Under the pieces are notes generated by a model that saw only the letters and a list, made by a program, of their open reading frames with translations, was not told the DNA's origin and made no database searches. Both the position numbers and the translations under genes were made by a program. A stretch of 64,000 nt of DNA, from positions 4,832,001 to 4,896,000 of the forward strand of contig OY970166.1 of assembly GCA_963706595.1 (NCBI GenBank). The letters run 5' to 3'. The DNA comes from an uncultured cyanobacterium (GTDB lineage Bacteria; Cyanobacteriota; Cyanobacteriia; Cyanobacteriales; Nostocaceae). Of this stretch, positions 54,398-64,000 are shown in pieces (positions within the stretch are counted from its first letter, which is position 1; each line of letters opens with the position of its first letter).

Positions 54398-55306
54398 TTA
54401 TTTTCTTCTGGCTGTAATATAATCGGCGATCGCCATCAGAGGTTGTGCCTTCTCGCCAAAATCAACAAGTTCAGCCTTAGCGAGTTCCACTAATTCTTGG
54501 CTCTTGCGTTGTGATTCCTCAATTCCCCACAAACTCGGATAGGTTACTTTTTGTGCCTTCTGGTCTTTACCTGGAGTTTTTCCGAGTTCTTCTTGTGTAC
54601 CCGTGACATCTAAAATATCATCAACAATTTGAAAAGCCAGACCAATGTAGGAAGCATAGCGAGAAAGCTTTTGCAGCAGTTCGTTGTCAGCCCCCGCCAG
54701 CAGCGCACCAGAGAGAACCGAAGTTTCTAACAAAGCTCCTGTTTTGTGTGAATGAATAAAATTGAGGGTTTCTATATTAATATTCTCTAATCCTTCACAT
54801 TCGAGATCAACAACTTGACCACCGACTAAACCCGTAGCTGCGATCGCATGAGCCAACTTAGCAATCACTTGCACTAATTGGTTTGGTGGAACTCCTTGAG
54901 TTTCAACCACAATAAACTCAAAAGCATAGCTTAAAAGTGCATCCCCCGCCAGAATAGCCACTGGTTCACCATAAACCTGATGATTAGTTAATTTTCCCCG
55001 GCGATAATCATCATTATCCATTGCTGGTAAATCATCATGGATCAGCGAAAAAGTATGAATCATTTCCAAAGCACAAGCAGTAGGCATTGCCATCTCTACT
55101 GTGCCTCCTGCCAATTCACAGCTAGCTAAACAGAGAATTGGGCGCAGGCGTTTTCCCCCAGCCAATAAAGAATAACGCATGGATTCATAGAGTGTTTCTG
55201 GATAGATCACACTAATTGAACTTTCAAGACTTGCTTCCACAAGTTCGCGCCGTTGCGATAAATAGGACTTTAAATCAAGTTCCAGAATTTGAGTATTCAA
55301 CATCAA
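54398..55306 (-). CDS. Short-chain trans-prenyl diphosphate synthase (CrtE-like scaffold, FPP-synthase-type residue)
   Basis: [40 protein letters not shown]. Confidence 0.88.
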   Translation of the reverse strand: MMLNTQILELDLKSYLSQRRELVEASLESSISVIYPETLYESMRYSLLAGGKRLRPILCLASCELAGGTVEMAMPTACALEMIHTFSLIHDDLPAMDNDDYRRGKLTNHQVYGEPVAILAGDALLSYAFEFIVVETQGVPPNQLVQVIAKLAHAIAATGLVGGQVVDLECEGLENINIETLNFIHSHKTGALLETSVLSGALLAGADNELLQKLSRYASYIGLAFQIVDDILDVTGTQEELGKTPGKDQKAQKVTYPSLWGIEESQRKSQELVELAKAELVDFGEKAQPLMAIADYITARRK

Positions 55307-55689
55307 TTATTCTCCTTAACACTTTTTCAAAATTTAATTGAAATGAAATATGCAAACTATAGCCGTTCCTAATCACATGAGTTATGTCATAGCCCCCTCC
55401 TCGCTTGCGGGGAGGGGGTTGGGGGTGGGGTTCAAGTACCTAGCAGACTAGGAAACGCTATAAGTAAGTTGAGGACTTCCAAGAAATAAATTATCCGGAT
55501 TAACGTTAGCGTAGCTTGCCGAAGGCTACCACAGAGGCGCAGAGGACACAGAGGAATCAGGGTTTGAGAGATTTTGTACGTTAGGTGGTTGAGTGTTTTT
55601 TTATTTGGAAGTCCCTTAACTCAGGACTAAAGTCCTGAAAACTACAAACCCTTAATTATTCACCACGACTTACTGCAAGATTTTTCAAC

Positions 55690-57096
55690 TTATCGCCCAA
55701 TTTGCACATCTTCCAGAACCCCCAGAGCATCAGGGATGAGAACAGCAGCCGAGTAATAAGCAGAGACGAGATAGGAAATAATCGCCTTTTCGCTAATGCC
55801 CATAAATCGCACAGACAAGCTCGGTTGATACTCATCCGGAATACCAGTTTTATGTAAACCGATCACACCCTGATCTTCTTCCCCACTCCGAAGCACAAGA
55901 ATAGAGCTAGTTTGGTGATCAGAAATAGGTATCTTATTGCAAGGAAGTAAAGGTACACCCCGCCAAGCCATCACCATCTGTCCATCCAGATCAATATTCT
56001 GTGGATACAGACCCAAGCGATTGCATTCTCGACGAAAAGCCGCAATAGTCCGAGGGTGAGCTAGGAAAAACTTCGACTTTCTCCGACGGGTGAGAAGCTC
56101 GTCAAGGTCATCAGGAGTGGGCGCTCCCGTACGACTGTAGATGCGTTGTTTGAGGTCAGCATTGTGCAGCAACCCGAATTGACGGTTATTGATCAACTCA
56201 TATTCTTGACGTTCCCGTAATGCCTCAATAGTCAACCGCAATTGTTGTTCAGTCTGGTTCATCGGTTCATTGTACAAATCCGCCACCCGACTATGCACCT
56301 GCAACACAGTTTGAGCAACACTCAACTCATATTCACGAGGTGAAAGTTCGTAATCAACAAAAGTGGACGGCAACTCAGTCTCCCCAATATGCCCCGCAGC
56401 CAAATCAATAGAAGCTTCACCGTGCTTATTTTGTGGGATTTCTGCACGACTCCTAAACTGATCAACTTGAGCCTGCAACTCCTCAGACTGGTTGAGCAAC
56501 TCCCGAAACACCTGAGCAGGTAGCGCCAATACAGTACATCGCGTAATAGCCTTAATCGTGAACTTCCAACTGCCTTGTGACTCCAGCAAAACCTGCTCGC
56601 CGAAATAGTCGCCGTCTGCGAGTATCCCCAAATTCGCCGGTTCGTCATACTTACCAGCACGAATCTTTTCTACCCTGCCATGTGCGATCAGAAAAAGCTG
56701 GTCGGCAGACTCACCAGACTGCACTATGATCTCACCAGGTGCAAACTCCTGTTGCACAAACCGACCTGCCAAAGCGCTCAACACCTGGGTGTCCTCAAAT
56801 CCTCGCAGTAATGGCAACTCACAAAGTTCCTGGGGAATCACCTGGACATCAGATCCAGTGTTAGTAAAAGTCAATCGCCCATCACCAACTTTATAAGTCA
56901 ACCGCCGGTTCACCCGATAAGAACCACCTTTCATCTCCACCCACGGCAAAATCTTCAACAACCACCGCGATGTAATTTCCTGCATCTGCGGTGCAGATTT
57001 GGTTGTCGTCGCCAAATTTCTGGCTGCGGCTGTACTCAAACTCAATTGAGGTTGTCCACTCTCAGCATTCAAATCTAAATCATTAGAATACGTCAT
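55690..57096 (-). CDS. cnb2: Family 2B encapsulin shell / cNMP-binding protein
   Basis: [15 protein letters not shown], inserted cNMP-binding domain (GDYFGE), [27 protein letters not shown]. Confidence 0.88.
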   Translation of the reverse strand: MTYSNDLDLNAESGQPQLSLSTAAARNLATTTKSAPQMQEITSRWLLKILPWVEMKGGSYRVNRRLTYKVGDGRLTFTNTGSDVQVIPQELCELPLLRGFEDTQVLSALAGRFVQQEFAPGEIIVQSGESADQLFLIAHGRVEKIRAGKYDEPANLGILADGDYFGEQVLLESQGSWKFTIKAITRCTVLALPAQVFRELLNQSEELQAQVDQFRSRAEIPQNKHGEASIDLAAGHIGETELPSTFVDYELSPREYELSVAQTVLQVHSRVADLYNEPMNQTEQQLRLTIEALRERQEYELINNRQFGLLHNADLKQRIYSRTGAPTPDDLDELLTRRRKSKFFLAHPRTIAAFRRECNRLGLYPQNIDLDGQMVMAWRGVPLLPCNKIPISDHQTSSILVLRSGEEDQGVIGLHKTGIPDEYQPSLSVRFMGISEKAIISYLVSAYYSAAVLIPDALGVLEDVQIGR

Positions 57097-57202
57097 TATA
57101 GCATTTCCTAGTTTAATAAATTACACAATTATCTGCGTTTATTTGCGTCCATCTGCGTTTAATTATTACTGCTTGTACCTCACTGGAATGGCAATTGCTA
57201 TC

Positions 57203-57249
57203 AGAGGTGAAGGTGATCAATTTGAGATTTTAGATTGACCTTCACCTCT
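57203..57249. terminator. Long stem-loop between cnb1 and cnb2
   Basis: AGAGGTGAAGGT(GA)TCAAT ... ATTGACCTTCACCTCT, 10 bp after the cnb1 stop. Confidence 0.55.
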
Positions 57250-57258
57250 TAAGAATAA

Positions 57259-58668
57259 TTAACGCCCGATTTCGACATCTTCCAAGATGCCAAGTGCGTC
57301 AGGTACTAGGACAGCTGCGGAATAGTAGGCTGTGATCAGGTAAGAGATAATCGCCTTCTCACTGATGCCCATGAATCGCACAGACAAACTGGGTTGGTAT
57401 TCATCGGGGATACCAGTTTGATGTAGACCGATCACCCCTTGTTTTTCTACACCAGTGCGGACTAAGAGAATCGAACTAGTGCGGGTATTGGTGATGGGGA
57501 TCTTGTTGGAAGGAAAGATGGGTATTCCACGCCAAGCTGGAACTTGGTGTCCGCCCATGTCAATGCTTTGTGGATAGATGCCCAGGCGGTTACACTCACG
57601 AGCAAAGGCAGCGATCGTGCGGGGATGAGCCAGGAAGAATCCCGGATCTTTCCAGACTGTAGCCAGCAGTTCATCCATGTCATCCGGGGTAGGCGCTCCG
57701 TTGCGAGTGTGGATGCGTTGTTTGAGATCAGCGTTGTGCAGTAACCCAAATTCGCGGTTATTGAGCAACTCATGCTCTTGACGTTCCCGTAATGCCTCAA
57801 TAGTCAGCCGCAGTTGTTGTTCGGTCTGATTCATCGGTTCGTTGTACAAATCAGCTATGCGAGTATGCACTCGTAACACGGTTTGAGCAACGCTTAATTC
57901 ATATTGCCGAGGCGAGAGTTCGTAATCAACAAAAGTTCCTGGTAACTGAGTTTCCCCAATATGTCCTGAAGCCAAATCAATAGATGATTCCCCGGCGGCA
58001 TTCTGTGGCTGATTCAGGCGGACTCGGAACTGCTCAACATGAGTTCGCAACGCCTCCGACTGGTCAATCATCTGCTCAAACGCCTGTTGAGGCAGCGCCA
58101 TTACTGTACATCTGGTAACAGCTGTGAGGGTAAATTCCCAAGTATCCTGCGATCGCACCACAGACTCATCGCCGAAATGGTCTCCGTTGGCTAACACATC
58201 CAAGACGATCGGCTCACCATATTTTCCGAGGCCAATCTTGTTCACCTTACCGTGGGCAATCAATAACACCTGATCAGCCGGTTGACCAATTTCAACAATT
58301 ACATCCCCGGCGGCAAACTCTTGCTGCACAAACTGGTTTGCCAAGGCGCTCAACACCTCAATGTCATCAAAGCCTCGCAGCAATGGTAACTCACAAAGTT
58401 CCTGGGGAATTACCTGTATATCAGCTCCAGTGTTGGTAAAAGTTACCCGCCCGTCACCAACTGCATAACTCAACCGGCGGTTAACTCGATACACACCACC
58501 CTTCGTCTGTACCCACGGCAACAGTTTCAACAACCACCGGGATGTAATTTCCTGCATCTGCGGTGCTGATTTGGTCGTTGTCGCCAAATTACGCGCTGCG
58601 GCTGTACCCAAACTGAGTTGGGGCTGCTGTTCTTCAACATTCAAACCGGAATCATTAGAAAAGGTCAT
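57259..58668 (-). CDS. cnb1: Family 2B encapsulin shell / cNMP-binding protein
   Basis: Same architecture as cnb2; directly downstream of geoA. Confidence 0.88.
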   Translation of the reverse strand: MTFSNDSGLNVEEQQPQLSLGTAAARNLATTTKSAPQMQEITSRWLLKLLPWVQTKGGVYRVNRRLSYAVGDGRVTFTNTGADIQVIPQELCELPLLRGFDDIEVLSALANQFVQQEFAAGDVIVEIGQPADQVLLIAHGKVNKIGLGKYGEPIVLDVLANGDHFGDESVVRSQDTWEFTLTAVTRCTVMALPQQAFEQMIDQSEALRTHVEQFRVRLNQPQNAAGESSIDLASGHIGETQLPGTFVDYELSPRQYELSVAQTVLRVHTRIADLYNEPMNQTEQQLRLTIEALRERQEHELLNNREFGLLHNADLKQRIHTRNGAPTPDDMDELLATVWKDPGFFLAHPRTIAAFARECNRLGIYPQSIDMGGHQVPAWRGIPIFPSNKIPITNTRTSSILLVRTGVEKQGVIGLHQTGIPDEYQPSLSVRFMGISEKAIISYLITAYYSAAVLVPDALGILEDVEIGR

Positions 58669-58708
58669 AAACTTGTTCCTTGTTGTTCTAAATACTAAAA
58701 AAAGAAAT

Positions 58709-60988
<2,280 letters not shown>

Positions 60989-61768
60989 TTAATTTCCTTT
61001 GCTTTCTTCTAACTTTCTTCATTTAGGAGAATTTTGGCTGATTTTTTCGGATTTCTGGGTGACACCATCATGTTGCATGGTTATTGACCAAAGGAATACG
61101 GTAATATTACGTAACTTTGCTCAAGTAATTCAAACAATTATTTGTGGCATTTTGCTGGCATTGACACTGACTGCAACGCACTGGCGATCGCCTGCGTGGT
61201 ACAAAAAATCGGACTTGGTAAAACTCTGCGGACCTTTGCGTTACCTTTGCGCCCCTCTGCGTTTAAAAAATCCGGCGTTGCCGAATACAAAGATCATTAA
61301 ACTGAGTTTTTATACTTATAAATATTTTGCTAAGTAATTCTAACTCCAGAAAATAAAATAAATATAAAACGCATTTTTTTCCCAAAATAAATGCTAGGTT
61401 AGATACATAATCAGATATGCTCGATCTCTCAATTTTAACTTTGCGAAATCCGCAATCCATTCGCCGTTAACAAGCAAATTCAGGAAGTAATTATTCACAT
61501 TATGCCCTTGTAGCTATAAATTATCAATAAGTGTATGATGGATATTAATAAAGATCCTTGTTTAACGCCGTTCATGAAATTTCTTCACGCTTAATTCTCT
61601 GCAAAAGTTAAAAAAAGATGAATTGCATTTTTAGCTCAAAAAAAATGATATGTTAGATACAGAATGGGACATTTCACGACTCTGGAGGAGTACAACATCA
61701 ATCTGTTCCAGTTTTTCACCCCTTAATTCCCTAGTATTTGTCGTTTCAAATGGGATTTCAGCCTGATT

Positions 61769-61997
61769 TGAGTACAGATTTATATATCGAAAAAATAAGA
61801 AAAAATAGATTAAGACCCTTTCTACAACTGGGTTACAGATGAGTACCAATAAATCATGAACCCCTGTTAATAAATACTCGTACCCCAACTGAAAAATACT
61901 AGCACCCCTACCCGAAAAATATATTTTTAATGCTTGTAAAACCCACACAGTTAGGGTTTGCAGATTTGAGTACAAACGTAATAAATCCAATAAATTC
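61769..61997 (+). promoter_or_regulatory. nifB upstream region with repeated TGAGTAC boxes (CnfR-type)
   Basis: Boxes at 61769, 61840, 61967. Confidence 0.7.
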
Positions 61998-62351
61998 TAT
62001 ACTCCATAAACGCGCCGACCATTTGAGAACGACTGCTATAAATCTTATATCGCCAATCACTCAACGCCAAGCCAAAAGCAAAAGCGCAGAGTGAGTGGAG
62101 GGATGAGATAGCACCATGCCTTAAGTGAATCGAAGTCGCGGCTGTACCCACACACAAATACCCCAGATAGACCTCAAACTTGACACACACCAGCCATACC
62201 TCAGTCAACAGTAAACAAACTAACACCTGATAACTGTTAACTGTTAACTGTTAACTGATTACAAGACGCGACTTCAGTTCCTGGGTAAAGACAGTAGCAA
62301 CGGCATCTCCCACTGTGGCATTTAGCCCACCACTGACCCTTGCGAAATTCA

Positions 62352-63794
62352 ATGATACTACCGTCTAACGGACTCCTCACCTCCTCCCATCAGGAACCAG
62401 CATCAACCCAAGCAAAATCAGGTGGTTGCGGATGCGACAGCAGCACCACCGTAGAAATGGATCAAAAGCTCCAAGAACGCATCGCCCAACATCCCTGTTA
62501 TAGTGAAGATGCCCATCACCACTACGCCCGGATGCACGTTGCAGTTGCACCAGCTTGTAACATTCAATGCAACTATTGCAATCGCAAATACGACTGTGCT
62601 AACGAAAGTCGTCCTGGAGTAGTGAGCGAATTGCTAACACCAGAAGAGGCTGCACACAAGGCTTTGGTGATTGCAGGCAAAATTCCCCAAATGACAGTGG
62701 TCGGAATTGCGGGGCCTGGTGATCCATTGGCGAATCCTGAAAAGACTTTTCGCACATTTGAGTTGATTGCAGACAAAGCACCAGATATCAAACTTTGCCT
62801 TTCAACTAACGGTTTAATGTTAACAGAATACATTGACCGCATTAAACAACTAAATATCGATCACGTTACTATCACCCTAAATACCATTGACCCAGAAATC
62901 GGCGCTCAGATTTATTCTTGGGTTCATTACAAACGCAAACGCTATAGAGGTGTTGAAGGGGCTAAGATTCTGCTAGAAAAGCAGATGGAAGGCTTGCAAG
63001 CTTTGAGAGAAGCTGATATTCTGTGCAAAGTTAACTCCGTGATGATTCCAGGAATTAATGATCAGCACTTGATCGAAGTCAATAAAATGATTCGTGAAAA
63101 CGGTGCTTTCCTGCACAACATCATGCCTTTGATTTCTGCACCAGAACACGGCACACATTTCGGCTTAACAGGTCAACGTGGTCCTACACCCAAAGAAGTC
63201 AAGTCAGTTCAAGACAATTGTGCCGGCAACATGAAAATGATGCGCCATTGTCGTCAATGCCGAGCCGATGCGGTAGGATTATTAGGAGAAGACCGCAGTC
63301 AGGAATTTACCAAAGATAAATTCTTGGAAATGACTCCAGAATATGACTTGGAACAACGCACCCTTGTTCACGAAGGAATTGAGAAGTTTAAGGAAGAACT
63401 GAAAATAGCCAAAGACAAGGCTAGCGCTGGCAAGAAATTTGCCAATAATCCCAAAATATTAGTTGCAGTCGCCACCAAAGGCGGTGGGTTAGTTAACCAA
63501 CACTTCGGTCATGCGAAGGAATTCCAGATTTACGAAGTGGATGGTAGTCAAGTTACCTTTGTCAGTCATCGCAAGATTGACCAGTATTGTCAAGGTGGAT
63601 TTAGTGAAGAAGCCACTTTTGAGCATATCATGGCAGCGATCGCGGATTGCAAAGCAGTTTTAGTTTCCAAAATTGGTAACTGTCCTCAAGAGAAACTGCA
63701 AGAAGCAGGAATACAGACTGTCGAAGCTTACGACGTAATCGAAAAAGTTGCTTTGGAATTTTACGAGCAATATGTCCAGGAGTTAGGAAATTAG
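62352..63794 (+). CDS. nifB: FeMo-cofactor biosynthesis radical SAM protein NifB
   Basis: [26 protein letters not shown]-terminal NifX-like domain; ATG at 62352. Confidence 0.97.
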   Translation: MILPSNGLLTSSHQEPASTQAKSGGCGCDSSTTVEMDQKLQERIAQHPCYSEDAHHHYARMHVAVAPACNIQCNYCNRKYDCANESRPGVVSELLTPEEAAHKALVIAGKIPQMTVVGIAGPGDPLANPEKTFRTFELIADKAPDIKLCLSTNGLMLTEYIDRIKQLNIDHVTITLNTIDPEIGAQIYSWVHYKRKRYRGVEGAKILLEKQMEGLQALREADILCKVNSVMIPGINDQHLIEVNKMIRENGAFLHNIMPLISAPEHGTHFGLTGQRGPTPKEVKSVQDNCAGNMKMMRHCRQCRADAVGLLGEDRSQEFTKDKFLEMTPEYDLEQRTLVHEGIEKFKEELKIAKDKASAGKKFANNPKILVAVATKGGGLVNQHFGHAKEFQIYEVDGSQVTFVSHRKIDQYCQGGFSEEATFEHIMAAIADCKAVLVSKIGNCPQEKLQEAGIQTVEAYDVIEKVALEFYEQYVQELGN

Positions 63795-63928
63795 GGAGTA
63801 GGGAGTAGGGAGTAGGGAGTAGGGAATATTTACCACTTACCACTCATTACTCCCCACTCATCCCTTACCCGGTTACTGAGCGTAGTCGAAGTAACTCCCC
63901 ACTCCCCATCTTCAGAAGGAGAATAATT

Positions 63929-64000
63929 ATGGCTTACCAAATCACTAGCCAATGTATTTCCTGTGATCTTTGTCTGTCTGTATGTCCCACTAATGCAGTG
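63929..64000 (+). CDS. fdxN: 4Fe-4S ferredoxin FdxN (5' part; truncated by window)
   Basis: MAYQITSQCISCDLCLSVCPTNAV after AAGGAG SD, downstream of nifB. Confidence 0.88.
   Translation, partial: MAYQITSQCISCDLCLSVCPTNAV

Noticed and set aside
60999..62226. Short ORFs between geoA and nifB, and 45433-45702
   Set aside because: No recognisable motifs; they overlap promoter/leader and repeat sequence

Overview
This is a chromosomal window from a heterocyst-forming cyanobacterium (Nostocales), judged from frequent HIP1 GCGATCGC sites, 7-mer STRR repeats and nif genes. The left ~41 kb is mostly housekeeping and signalling genes (trx, scpA, cugP-like, speA, ndk, ldhA, fraH-like, pgl, rph, adk, dcd, dapL, ylqF, kinases, TPR proteins). 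It also carries accessory pieces: a triply frameshifted bicA-like SulP gene, an ATPase+TPR pair, a non-autonomous IS200/IS605 derivative retaining an omega-RNA-like end, a MITE-interrupted relic of the dapL 3' end, a RloA/RloB pair, and an unannotated 55-codon ORF with the heterocyst-inhibitor motif RGSGR. On the right, nifP-(2 small ORFs)-nifV-nifZ-nifT and nifB-fdxN are divergent and share near-duplicate TGAGTAC promoters. About 16 kb of accessory DNA separates them. It holds a methyltransferase-HIT fusion, a NACHT protein with 16 shuffled hypervariable ~34-aa HEAT-like repeats coupled to an orphan HicB, and a Ser/Thr kinase. It also holds a geosmin cluster: geoA, two family 2B encapsulin/cNMP shell genes, a prenyltransferase with an FPP-synthase-type chain-length residue, and an MDR oxidoreductase. 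All family calls come from motif recognition by eye; no searches were run.
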